This document shows positions 9,019 to 18,356 of a DNA stretch of 57,120 nucleotides, in pieces. The stretch lies in IMG/VR virus record IMGVR_UViG_3300028145_000159, positions 1-57,120 of that record; one strand, 5' to 3'. This DNA comes from a virus. Its lineage: Duplodnaviria > Caudoviricetes. A model generated the notes under the pieces. The model saw only the letters and a program-made list of their open reading frames with translations, was not told where the DNA came from and made no database searches. Both the position numbers and the translations under genes were made by a program. Each line of letters opens with the position of its first letter. The first letter of the stretch is position 1.

Positions 9019-9681
9019 TTAGAATGCCCCCACATGTTGCGGCACGGTATATCCTGCCGTCTGGAGCCAAGCCGTAACCCCGATGACGGCTTGCGTCAGT
9101 TCACTGGCATCCTTTTTCACAATCTTCAACATGACGGGGTAGCCTTGCGGAGAGACCGCTTCAATGCTGGCTTCATACGGATTAGACAGCACGGCAAGGC
9201 CGCCGTCATGCAGTTTTAGCAAGGCATCACTCATCTGATAGCTCGCGTGATCATTTTGCGCTGCCACGCTTTCCAACCGGCTCTTGCAGGCGGCATAGGT
9301 CACGTCCAGAACCCGCTCCATGTTCTTATGGTGATCCAGAATCCAATGACTGAGCCGCTCTTGCAAGGCCGTACAGAAGCCCTGCAGGAGGGCCTCATGC
9401 TGGAGCACCAGCGGCGGGAGAGGGGCGGGCGCCGGGGGCTGTGCGGTGGGGGCTGCCGTACAGACAGGGCAATCCCTGGGGTCTTGCGGGGCTGTCAGGG
9501 TGGGATAGGGGCATCGATCCCCGCAGAGTATTTGCCCATGGCATCTTGCACAGGCATGGTAATGGGTCATGGCCTCCGGTGGCACGGGGGGGTCAAGAAT
9601 ATCGGGCGTGCCGTCGTCATAGGGCGGCACGGGGGGAGGGAGAGGCTGTTGTTCTGGTTGTTTGGCAGTCATGTCAGGCAT
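9019..9681 (-). CDS. Hypothetical protein with CxxC...CxxC motif
   Basis: 220-aa ORF, GGAG RBS. Confidence 0.7.
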   Translation of the reverse strand: MPDMTAKQPEQQPLPPPVPPYDDGTPDILDPPVPPEAMTHYHACARCHGQILCGDRCPYPTLTAPQDPRDCPVCTAAPTAQPPAPAPLPPLVLQHEALLQGFCTALQERLSHWILDHHKNMERVLDVTYAACKSRLESVAAQNDHASYQMSDALLKLHDGGLAVLSNPYEASIEAVSPQGYPVMLKIVKKDASELTQAVIGVTAWLQTAGYTVPQHVGAF

Positions 9682-9706
9682 CAATGCGTCTCCAAAAAGC
9701 GTAGCG

Positions 9707-9913
9707 TTATTCGGTGATCCAATCGAGGCGACTGGCCTCCTGCGTGGCCTGGCCCTGCGCTTCTCGATCAGCGTGTTGCTTCGCCCGACGTTCGGCTTTC
9801 CCGGCGTCAATGGCCGCTTCATACTGGGCCACCGGCAGTTTGAGAAAGCAGCCTTTGCCGATACTGACCCGGACAAAGCCATCCAGCCCGCGACTGATCA
9901 AGCCATTTTTCAT
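9707..9913 (-). CDS. Hypothetical protein
   Basis: GGAGG RBS, 68 aa. Confidence 0.6.
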   Translation of the reverse strand: MKNGLISRGLDGFVRVSIGKGCFLKLPVAQYEAAIDAGKAERRAKQHADREAQGQATQEASRLDWITE

Positions 9914-9967
9914 ACACGGCCTCCGGTCCCTGGGCGGGGCGTTCTCAGACGTCCCGCAGGAACGGTG

Positions 9968-10639
9968 TTAGAAAATGCCGCCCTGCTGCAACTGTTTGCG
10001 TTGCGCGGGGCTCGCATCCAGATACCGTTGCATGGCCTCCCGGAACTGGTGGAACGCCGCCGGCAGTTTTTCGTTGGGGAACACCAGGACATTGCCGGGG
10101 CGAAAGCCGCACGCCTGGGCCACCGTGAGGGCCTCATCAAAGGCCCCGAGAAATATGGCCAGCCAGCCCCCGGCGTCTTGGAGCGTCGTCAGCACTTCAT
10201 GGACTTTCGGCGCGGTATACACCTGGCTTTCGTTATCCTGACCGTCTGTGTATACCATCAGGATATGCTGCCCGATGGGTTCAGCGGTGGTACAGAGGGT
10301 GCCGAGCGCATCATAAAGCGCCGTGCCGCCATACGTCGCCCGGTACGTCTCGGGATGCAGGTCCCGAGCCTCAGTGAGCGGGTGCAGCGTAGCCGCCTGG
10401 AGCGTGCTCCCGAAACACCGGGTATCACAGACGGCATAGCGGAGCTGCTGGCGCTGGAGATACCGCAGATACTGGTTATAGGCTTTCCGGAGGGCCTCCG
10501 CGTACTCCGCCATACTGCCGCTGGCATCCAGCAAGAAGTGAAACCGGAGGGCGTCCTGCTGCGCCTGGGCGAGATACTGGTGTTGTTTTGAGGCGTCCCA
10601 GGTCACCCCCTCGTTAGAACGGGATATCGTTGTGGACAT
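9968..10639 (-). CDS. von Willebrand factor A (vWA) domain protein
   Basis: MIDAS DASGSM, GGTALYDALG, VYTDGQDNES, IFLGA. Confidence 0.9.
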   Translation of the reverse strand: MSTTISRSNEGVTWDASKQHQYLAQAQQDALRFHFLLDASGSMAEYAEALRKAYNQYLRYLQRQQLRYAVCDTRCFGSTLQAATLHPLTEARDLHPETYRATYGGTALYDALGTLCTTAEPIGQHILMVYTDGQDNESQVYTAPKVHEVLTTLQDAGGWLAIFLGAFDEALTVAQACGFRPGNVLVFPNEKLPAAFHQFREAMQRYLDASPAQRKQLQQGGIF

Positions 10640-11120
10640 CAGGCGTCTCCTGTATGGGCGCGAGATACCGGCGAATCGTCGCCATGGCATCGTTGAGTCG
10701 TTGAAAGTCTTGGCTCTGGCCGCCTAGGTCGGGGTGCCAGAGTTTCGCCAAAAACTTATAGGCCGCTTCACAGAGACCCAGGGGTGCGTTCGGCATGACC
10801 CGGAGCACCGTAAAGGCGTCCTGCAGGTCCGGCGGCATCGGGGGGACCGGAATCAGGATGCCTTCAACGGGGCCTGGCCTGGCGTCCCCCGCACGGCTAT
10901 TGCGGTCATCCTGGATCGTGGCGCCATGCCGTTGCAAAAACGCAAGCAACTCGGTGGCGTAGAGCGCAGAAATCAGCCAGCGTTTCCGCTGGCCATCCCA
11001 GGCCCGGCCATCCCAGGGCAATTGCGTTTTGAAGGCGTCCAGGACCGGGGCGAAGTCCCCATACGGGGACTCCAGCACAATCCGGCCATCGGGGTCTTCC
11101 GTCAACCGACAGCGGAGCAT
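10614..11120 (-). CDS. J-domain (DnaJ-type) protein with N-terminal HARP-like region
   Basis: AYKFLAKLWHPDLGG...FQRLNDA (HPD motif); N-terminal PY...K....RAWDGQRKRW. Confidence 0.85.
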   Translation of the reverse strand: MLRCRLTEDPDGRIVLESPYGDFAPVLDAFKTQLPWDGRAWDGQRKRWLISALYATELLAFLQRHGATIQDDRNSRAGDARPGPVEGILIPVPPMPPDLQDAFTVLRVMPNAPLGLCEAAYKFLAKLWHPDLGGQSQDFQRLNDAMATIRRYLAPIQETPDVHNDIPF

Positions 11121-11131
11121 AGGGCCTCCCC

Positions 11132-11758
11132 TTACCACGTCGGCTTGACGGCTGCTGCCGGCGGCGTCACCGTGCCACCACCCCACGTGCTCTGGGCAGG
11201 CGGGGTCTGCGGCGCGGGTGGCCGTGCGGGAGCAGCCGGGGTCCCGTTACTGGGTGGCCCTTGATACGGTTGCTGGGGGGCCGTGGCCGGTTGGCTGAAG
11301 GCTTGCGTCAGCAGCGGCAGCAGTTCTGGGGTCAGATACTGCCTTCCGTCTTCCCAGCGTTCGACGTCAATGATATTGGCGTAGTCGTCTTTGCGGCGCA
11401 CTTTCACCCGGCACGGCAGCGGCATGAGCGGGTCGAGATTGACCCGTTCGCCGGGCTGGATCTGATGGCCCAGGAGTTCACAGGTCCAGACATAGGCTTT
11501 ACTCGGTTGAAACTTGCCCCCTGGGCTAAATTTCTGCGACGTGGGCGCCGTTTGCCGTTCCGGCTTCTGGTGGGGAATCAGCGTGGGCACTTCCCAGACC
11601 AGGAACGCCCAGCGCCAGAGCCGGGGGGATTGCTCGTACATCTTCCAGGTGTCCGGGGTGGCCTCGTCGGTAATGGCCATGAGGAAGGCCGGGTGCCAGC
11701 CATCGGTTAAAGAAGATTTATCGTTGAGGCTTTGTGGAGTAAACGTCATTTCAGGCAT
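11132..11758 (-). CDS. Putative single-stranded DNA-binding/replication protein
   Basis: Position in the replication module; DGWH.A...NLDPLMPLPCRVKV...YANI pattern; Pro-rich tail. Confidence 0.55.
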   Translation of the reverse strand: MPEMTFTPQSLNDKSSLTDGWHPAFLMAITDEATPDTWKMYEQSPRLWRWAFLVWEVPTLIPHQKPERQTAPTSQKFSPGGKFQPSKAYVWTCELLGHQIQPGERVNLDPLMPLPCRVKVRRKDDYANIIDVERWEDGRQYLTPELLPLLTQAFSQPATAPQQPYQGPPSNGTPAAPARPPAPQTPPAQSTWGGGTVTPPAAAVKPTW

Positions 11759-11872
11759 CGTCGTGGGTCCTTTTGCTTGGGGTGTCGGAGCGTCGAAACT
11801 GCGTATTCATAGCTTCCCTCTGAAGCCATACAACCTGGAAAGATAATATCATAAAACATTATTTAATGTCAA

Positions 11873-12412
11873 TTACAAATCATTACTGCCTTTCCCGCGA
11901 TTACAGGAGAAGCACAAGGCCCAGAGATTGGCAGGGTCGTTACTTCCTCCTTTGCTCACCGGGGTAATATGATCGACCTCAAGACGAACATGCTCTCCAT
12001 CACGGGGAGAGATTCCGCAGAGGCGGCAGCGGTAGCCATCGCGCTTGAGAATCTGAAAATGGAGGGAAGGGGGAAGGGGTAGGCGCGGCATACGTGGAGG
12101 AGGAAGGCTAAAGATTTCTTCGTTATTGTAAAGCAAGGTGCCCTCTTGAAGACTTTTTGCTGCGGCTTCTTGAAGCCCTGGAAGAATCCATTGCCAGATT
12201 TCATTTTTGAGCATTGCATCTAGCCATAGCCTGGGTATGGGGCCTGAAATCTCGACAATAGTAGCGACAAATTTTTGCAAAACATTGAGAGGGAGACAGG
12301 CGCGCATTTCTTGAAAAACCCGTTCCATCGTTGCGCGATGCTCTGGTGGACAATCCGTCCGTGCGAGCATTGTCCAACGTTCTTCCTCAGCTTCACTCCA
12401 TCTTGTTTCCAT
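11873..12412 (-). CDS. HNH endonuclease
   Basis: ILKRDGYRCRLCG...LEVDHITPVSKGGSNDPANLWALCFSCNRGK; AT-rich. Confidence 0.92.
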   Translation of the reverse strand: METRWSEAEEERWTMLARTDCPPEHRATMERVFQEMRACLPLNVLQKFVATIVEISGPIPRLWLDAMLKNEIWQWILPGLQEAAAKSLQEGTLLYNNEEIFSLPPPRMPRLPLPPSLHFQILKRDGYRCRLCGISPRDGEHVRLEVDHITPVSKGGSNDPANLWALCFSCNRGKGSNDL

Positions 12413-12467
12413 GAGTTCTCCTTTGCTGTGTTTCAATTGTTTCACTTTTATTTTTTTCATCTGATAC

Positions 12468-12831
12468 CGTTGCAACGTTTTTCTCTACGTCTGTGCCGAT
12501 TTTTCCTCTCATTTCTCTTGTGTGCAAAATTTGTTTTGCACGATTCTCTATACCCCTGCAACGTTTGCAACGTTTGACTTGTAACGCTTGTGTTTTCAAA
12601 GAAATACAGACGTTGCAAGCAACGACGTAGAAAACGCCATAACGCTTTCTATTTCAAAGTAATACAAACGTTGCAAACCAAACGTTGCATGAAAAAACGT
12701 TGCAACGTTGCAACGTTTTTTCCGTTGCAGAAAGCGTGCAACGTGCAACGTTGCAGCCACATGATTTTTGTCGCCAACGTTGCGCAGCGCACGATGCAAC
12801 GGCAAACGTTGCAAAAATTCCTGTGCAACGT
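12468..12831. repeat. Putative replication origin: about 18 TGCAACG/CGTTGCA heptamers including a perfect 32-bp palindrome (12691-12722)
   Basis: Hand count of heptamers; AT-rich; immediately 3' of the primase-helicase gene. Confidence 0.75.
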
Positions 12832-12840
12832 ATTTAGGTG

Positions 12841-14706
12841 TTATTGCCCTATCCAATAGTATTCCCCTCGCTTCGAGACGGCGACATCGCCGGCTTGTTC
12901 CGCACGGTACAAGATACTCCGGAGTGTACTTTTGGTTTGCTCGGTGGCTGGGAGCCCGAGACTGGTCATGATATCCACGACTTTCATGGGGTAACGTTTC
13001 GTGCGAAGTTCTTCGAGGGCTTTGGTTTTGATGGATTCGGCTCGCGTGGCGCCCAGGATCGCGTTCGCCCCTTTGTAGCCCCAGATCACCCGGTGCTGCG
13101 TTTCGTCAAAGGTCAACGTCAGGGCCAGTTCTTGGGAGGCGGCATCGCGCAGCGTGGTTTCCATGATAATGTCATCGCCTTCCCGGTGGACCATCAGGAG
13201 ACTATGGACGATCGCCGCTTTGATATGACTTCCGGCAAGCTGGTCCACGACACTCACATCCTCTTTGCTGCGTTTTCGCATATGTTCTGGGGCAAAGATG
13301 GCCACTTTGTTCTTGGACGCCATTTCCGCCAAAGGCCAGAGCAAGTCCAGCGTGGCTGACGCGAGATCGTCTTGACGTCCTAAACGGTAGAGATACGAGA
13401 GCGGATCAATAATGATGAGCCGGGGCTGATAATGGTCAATAATTTGCTCAAGCTGGTTTTGGAGCCCATTTTTGAACGTCGGGAGGGCCATCATGCCTGA
13501 AAAAAAGATGAGGGGGTTGGGGTTTGTATCGGGCTGATACTGAGGACGTAATTGATGCAACCGGTTCCGCAGTTGCATCGCCGGGGCTTCCAGCCCAAAG
13601 AAGACGACAGGGCCGTGATCTTCCACCGGGAAGGCCTCACACCAATCCCCTTCCCCAACCGTGGCCAACGCTAACGAGAGAGAGAAATACGATTTGTAGG
13701 ATTTGGCAGGCGCGGCAAGAATCGTCAGGCCATCAGGTACGAGCTTTTCTACTAGAAACCGGGGCGGGATCATCATGGTTTTGAGCAGGTCATTGGCCGG
13801 GATCGCCTTGGAAAAGTCAAACACGGTCCCCCATTGGCCTTCCGTACCATGAGAGGAACCGTTTTGGGATGGAGATGGAAAAACCGGCACATGGTCTATA
13901 CGTTGAACACTATTCATAGTCGGGCGGATATACCGTGCCGTACTTGCGGCAATGCGTTCAACTTCCTGCTGGGACAGTGGAGGTTGGCAGCATTGCTGAT
14001 TAAGGACGAGTAATGCGGCGGTAATGGCATCACGCCGAAAACCTAGATGCGCCATAGCGGCCCCACGGGCGGCCAGAGTTGCGTTCCGACTGCCTTCCAG
14101 GATAGGTGTTTCCGCCGCTAATGGTGCTGTGTGAGACGGAGAGGCTTTTGGTGTCGAGGCGCCTACAAGGTGCTGCAACCAATCAGGAGCAGGTTGCGTC
14201 GTGATATCATCTGGTCCGTCGACCAGATCCCAGCAGTACGGTTTCCCTGTGGTCGGATGAATGGAGGGCGGCAAAATGATATAGCCCCCCTCGGCAATGA
14301 TATCCAGCCCAGCGTATTCTGGACGCCCTTTCCAGGCTTGATGGGTAATTGTATGGCCGGCATCATCCCAGACAAAATGACAGCCACCACCGCCGCTATG
14401 GCTGAGCAGGGTATGGGGCAACAGGCCATAGCGGCGTTCCAATTCAAAGAGCGTATCGTCGCCCCCGTTCCGGGGATCTTCATCCAGCGCCCAGCGTCCA
14501 TGCCCCATCGGACTGCCAATATTGGCGTCCGGGTATTGACGCCACCAGGCGTCAATCGTCCAGGGCTCGTCACTGGCATCATGAAAGCCATGGGGCGTCA
14601 ACGGCGCTTTGCCCCGACACGGAAAGACCGGCCAGCCATGATGGGCATACCATTGTGCCCACTCATGTAACGGGGCATGGATGTCGGGGGTTACGGCTGG
14701 CAACAT
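12841..14706 (-). CDS. Bifunctional primase/polymerase (Prim-Pol plus PriCT-1) fused to an AAA_25/RecA-like helicase
   Basis: GWPVFPC.GK.P...GFHDAS, PDANIG, LDEDPRNGG, GGYIILPPSIH; EGSRNATL; Walker A APAKSYKS, Walker B IIIDP; H.RK. Confidence 0.92.
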   Translation of the reverse strand: MLPAVTPDIHAPLHEWAQWYAHHGWPVFPCRGKAPLTPHGFHDASDEPWTIDAWWRQYPDANIGSPMGHGRWALDEDPRNGGDDTLFELERRYGLLPHTLLSHSGGGGCHFVWDDAGHTITHQAWKGRPEYAGLDIIAEGGYIILPPSIHPTTGKPYCWDLVDGPDDITTQPAPDWLQHLVGASTPKASPSHTAPLAAETPILEGSRNATLAARGAAMAHLGFRRDAITAALLVLNQQCCQPPLSQQEVERIAASTARYIRPTMNSVQRIDHVPVFPSPSQNGSSHGTEGQWGTVFDFSKAIPANDLLKTMMIPPRFLVEKLVPDGLTILAAPAKSYKSYFSLSLALATVGEGDWCEAFPVEDHGPVVFFGLEAPAMQLRNRLHQLRPQYQPDTNPNPLIFFSGMMALPTFKNGLQNQLEQIIDHYQPRLIIIDPLSYLYRLGRQDDLASATLDLLWPLAEMASKNKVAIFAPEHMRKRSKEDVSVVDQLAGSHIKAAIVHSLLMVHREGDDIIMETTLRDAASQELALTLTFDETQHRVIWGYKGANAILGATRAESIKTKALEELRTKRYPMKVVDIMTSLGLPATEQTKSTLRSILYRAEQAGDVAVSKRGEYYWIGQ

Positions 14707-14834
14707 GCGCGGTCCTTTTGCATTTTCTGCTGTTATTTGCTATAACTTAACGCTAAATAGCATTATATATATGATGTTTTTTGATGTCAAGAAATATACC
14801 AAGCAATTACTTGACTAATAAGGAGTTGCCACCG

Positions 14835-15050
14835 ATGCCACGGCCAAAAACACCAGCGGCTGACTACGAACGCTTCGTGTTGCGTGTCCCTCAGCGGTTA
14901 ATGGCCGTGATTCGTGAACAGGCGGAAACATTAGGGCGTCCCATTAATACGCATCTTGTGCGCCTTCTCGAAAAGGCGGTCGCGCGTGATATCTCTACGC
15001 CAAAAAAGAGAAAGGTAGCGAAGAAGAAAGTAGTTCCTTCTCCTTGCTAA
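14835..15050 (+). CDS. Arc/ribbon-helix-helix regulator divergent from the primase
   Basis: RFVLRVPQRL...A...GRPINTHLVRLL; AAGGAG RBS. Confidence 0.8.
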   Translation: MPRPKTPAADYERFVLRVPQRLMAVIREQAETLGRPINTHLVRLLEKAVARDISTPKKRKVAKKKVVPSPC

Positions 15051-15166
15051 CTCCCCTCACCCCTGCCCCCGCCGCCCTCCCGGTGCCCCGCCCCCGGGCA
15101 CGCCCTGCCCCCCGGTGGGGCCCTGCAGGGGAACGAGGCCGGTGGGCAGGGAGACGTGCGGGCAGG

Positions 15167-15736
15167 TCATGGGGTCACCTCGTGTGCGGCGCGGGAGTAG
15201 TAGAAGCCTTCGCCCCCCGTCTGCCAATGCAAATGGGTGCACAATGCACGATAGGCGGCCAAGAGATGCCCACGGTTCCCCCAGTTGTTGCTTTCGTCTA
15301 TGACATCTGGTTGCAAAAATGTGCCATGCGCTGGATTGATGTAGCAGCCGATGCTGTCACGGTTCTCAAGCATTAATTGGGTAAAGTCCCAATCCCCATC
15401 AAAGACGAGATCGAACGTCCACAAAAACTCTTCAATCAGCCGATGTAGCGTCTCTTTATGGATACCCCGTTGGCGTGTGGCAAAAAACCGAAAGGAACGC
15501 TCAAGGACTAATTCAGCAATAATTGCTTCTTTCAGTGAGGGATAATACGGATAGGTATCAAGTGCGATATCATAGCCTTCTGGTGGAAGCCCAAAAATGA
15601 CGAGATACCCACGGGATGTATGAAAAATGGAATACTGTCCATCAAACTGTTTGTCCGCTTCAAGCGCAAGCAGTTTGAGTAAGCGATCGACTTCAAAGCG
15701 TTGAAGATGCTTTCGATGTTCATCAAGCGTCGTCAT
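15167..15736 (-). CDS. Hypothetical protein (lower GC)
   Basis: 189-aa ORF with AAGGG RBS. Confidence 0.7.
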   Translation of the reverse strand: MTTLDEHRKHLQRFEVDRLLKLLALEADKQFDGQYSIFHTSRGYLVIFGLPPEGYDIALDTYPYYPSLKEAIIAELVLERSFRFFATRQRGIHKETLHRLIEEFLWTFDLVFDGDWDFTQLMLENRDSIGCYINPAHGTFLQPDVIDESNNWGNRGHLLAAYRALCTHLHWQTGGEGFYYSRAAHEVTP

Positions 15737-15906
15737 AGATTACCCTTCTGCTCTGTCGCCCGTGCCAGGTTCTCTGTCGCCCACGCCGCCTCCATCTGGT
15801 TTGGCCCTACCGCCGTTCTACGTCCAGTAGGCGCTTGAGGGCCGCGCGGGCGTCTTTATAGGTGGATGCCTGGATCGTGATGGACCGGGCCTCCTGGCGC
15901 ACATGG

Positions 15907-16224
15907 TCAGGGCGTGGCATGCGTCTCGCCCTCCAGCGCCTGCTGCCAGCGCGCAAACGTCCCCCAGAGCCGCCGAATCACGGTGGCGTCCGGCATATTC
16001 AACTCGGCGCGACAGCGGTTCGAGGTAGGCAAGAGGCCATACGCCTGCTGATAGAGTCTGCCTAGTTCTACAGTTTCTGCCTGCGTCCAGGGATGGCGAG
16101 GCGTCCTGACCCCCACCATCGCTGCATAGCGCTGCTGGAGCTGCGCCAGGGCGGCTTTATCCTGGATGAGATACGTGCGGCTGGTGGCGTAGTAGCCCCG
16201 GCCTTGTTTGGCAATAAGCGTCAT
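15907..16224 (-). CDS. Protein with homing-endonuclease-associated repeat-like HTH
   Basis: WTQAE...LGRLY...G.LPT...MPDATVIRRLWGTFARW..AL. Confidence 0.6.
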   Translation of the reverse strand: MTLIAKQGRGYYATSRTYLIQDKAALAQLQQRYAAMVGVRTPRHPWTQAETVELGRLYQQAYGLLPTSNRCRAELNMPDATVIRRLWGTFARWQQALEGETHATP

Positions 16225-16640
16225 CCCTGTGCCCTTTCTTTGGCTGCCATGCGGACGCGGCGGAGCAGGGTATCCACGCCGCCTTTGGACATCCCACAGA
16301 GCCAGGCCAGCTCCGTCTGACTGAAGCCGTACAGGCTCCAGAGCAGAAAAAGCACCCGATCAAGCCCCTGCGGGGGGAGGAGGGCCAGCAGCGCCGCGAG
16401 CGGCCGGGGGTCGTGCCGCTGGGTCACCGCAGCCGGCGGCGCCGGCAGCCGGGCCTGGCGCCCGCCGACCGTGTCACAGGCATGCAGATAACTGATGCGC
16501 AGACTGGGCGTGCGGTGCGGCGTCTGGAGCCGGTCCAGGGCCATCGTTTGCACGAGATCCTCCGCGAGGGCCCCCACGATGCCCCGCCGCGCGACGTACC
16601 GCCGGGCCTGGACGAGAAAGGCCGGGCCGTCCATCACCAT
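16221..16640 (-). CDS. Sigma-70/ECF-like transcription factor
   Basis: Region-2-like AEDLVQ and region-4 HTH GFSQTELAWLCGMSKGGVDTLLRR. Confidence 0.7.
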   Translation of the reverse strand: MVMDGPAFLVQARRYVARRGIVGALAEDLVQTMALDRLQTPHRTPSLRISYLHACDTVGGRQARLPAPPAAVTQRHDPRPLAALLALLPPQGLDRVLFLLWSLYGFSQTELAWLCGMSKGGVDTLLRRVRMAAKERAQG

Positions 16641-16861
16641 CAGGCACTCCTTTCTGCTGCACACACATCGCAGGCCACCACCTCCACCGGCAGCGCACAC
16701 TGGCCGGCGGTGGCCCATGCGGCGGCGTGCTGGAGGATGCCCAGGGCGATCGGGCGCCAGTGGGCGGGGGTAATCGGTGTGAGGCGGCCATGGCGGCTGA
16801 GGTGGGCGAGGGATGCGGGCTGCAGAATTTGGCCGTGGGTGGCACAGTAGTGCATGGTCAT
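16640..16861 (-). CDS. Small zinc-binding hypothetical protein
   Basis: HYCATH...CDVC; ATGA and TGATG coupling on both sides. Confidence 0.6.
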   Translation of the reverse strand: MTMHYCATHGQILQPASLAHLSRHGRLTPITPAHWRPIALGILQHAAAWATAGQCALPVEVVACDVCAAERSA

Positions 16862-18282
16862 GGCGTGGCACCTCGGAGTGTTATAAGGACGATTTCTGCA
16901 TCAATACGCGGGGACCCCTTCCGCTCTGCCAAACGTCTGAAAAAACTTTTCTTGGCTACGGTGATGTGTTCTGCGTCACCAAACAAGGTTTCTTGTACTC
17001 CGCAATCCGACAGCAAGGATGCCTCGATCCATTCCGCCGTCTCGAAGCCGCACTGGTGACACAGCGCCTCCCACTGGCGGGGAAAATCGACGATTTTGCC
17101 CTTGGACACATACGCTTTCAGCACCCACACGGCTGGCGCGCCCGGCGGCAGCAGGTGCCACAGCTCCTGGAGGATTTGCGCCGCTGCCGACCAGAAGGTA
17201 TTGCCAGACGTGTTGCCGAGATTCTCTTTAGTCTCCCATCCGGCATAGTCATCTTTTAAGCGATTCATGCCCTGGGACAGGTCGGTTCCAGCGTAGGTGC
17301 CCTTCCCCTGCGTGCCGTTCATCTTGGGATTCGCATCTTGAAACGGCGGACTCCCCACCACCCCCGCCGGCAGCGCGCCGAGTTGGCCGGGCGTGGTGCC
17401 GTAGGTGGCAAGGTCAATAGACCGGCCTTGCCCAAAAGAGCTGCCGTCCGGCCTATGGCTTGGACACGCGCCTTTTCCGCTCAGCGATTCACTAAACGGG
17501 GGACTTCCGACCACGCCCGCCGGCATCGCGCCCAGTTGCCCAGGCGTGGTGCCGTAGCCCCCTTCGCCGATGGCATTCCGGGCCGGTGTCCTGCGCGTCC
17601 CGGTGCCCGGTTGGGACTTGCTGTAGTCGAGGCCGTTATGGGTGCCCAGGAGGGCGCCCGCGCCGGCGTAGGGCGGGGAGGAGACGATGCCTTGGGGGCC
17701 AGCTTTCATCGTGCCCAGTTGGCCCGGGGTCGTGCCGTAGCCTTTACCACTGAGCGTTTGGGTTGAGCCGCTATTGACTCCCCATCTTGCCCGTTTCAGT
17801 GCCGTCCCTGCTGCCTGTGCTTCTTGGAGTTTTTCTGGAGAGAAATCACGAACATCATCCCCTTGCAGACTTCCCTCATACGGTGGACTCCCTATGCAGC
17901 CCTGCACGCCCGCCCCCGCCAGTACGGCCCGGAGACAGCGCGAGTCGCCCTGGAGCACGGTGGCGCCCGTGAAGCCATACTCCTGGCGCCATTTGGCGAG
18001 ATTGGCCAGCCCAAGTGCGTGAAATCTGGGCTCCAATTCACACCCTACCCAGGACAGCCCGTAGGTCATCGCATCGAGTGCCCCGAGGCAGACGCCGGCG
18101 AAGGGGTCCAGCACGGTATCGCCCTTCTGAAGATACCCCTGCTCCAGCAGGTGGCGATAGATGCGATGAATCAGCGCGCGGCTGAATTTCGCACGTCAAG
18201 GGTGAGCAAAGGCGTCGGGAACGATCAACTCGTTCCAGCTCTCCTGGTAGCACGATTGCCACCGGAGAGGGCCTGTGCTCAC
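16858..18282 (-). CDS. Amino (N4C/N6A) DNA methyltransferase with in-frame TGA at codon 29 (recoded or pseudogene)
   Basis: GTG 18282 with AAGGA RBS; RWQSCYQESW..LIVPDAFAHP*RAKFS; motif I VLDPFAG, GCELE, GDSR; four SPP[Y/F]; C-terminal ELWHLLPPGA. Confidence 0.85.
17330..17910 (-). repeat. Four tandem units of about 50-70 aa (GSPP[Y/F]-variable-YGTTPGQLG) within the methyltransferase
   Basis: YGTTPGQLG coded near 17381-17404, 17534-17557 and 17717-17740; fourth unit ends YAGWETKENLG. Confidence 0.9.
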
Positions 18283-18356
18283 CTCAGTTTCCTTGTGGTT
18301 ATAGGTCATGTTATTTTTCATATACTCTAAATTAGCTCTTGTGCTATAGTAGCCAT

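Noticed and set aside
12468-12831. CRISPR array, or short ORFs across the repeat field
   Set aside because: Repeats are 7-8 bp with irregular spacing in both orientations and no cas genes are present; the ORFs are low-complexity artefacts.
13690-13725. Degenerate Walker A (AKSYKS) implying an inactive helicase
   Set aside because: The Lys-Ser pair is retained and substitution of the preceding Gly occurs in AAA_25-type proteins.
18160-18198. Selenocysteine insertion at the MTase TGA (hairpin about 11 nt downstream)
   Set aside because: The stem is short, the position does not correspond to a Cys, and the extra Arg codon would remain; kept only as a minor alternative.
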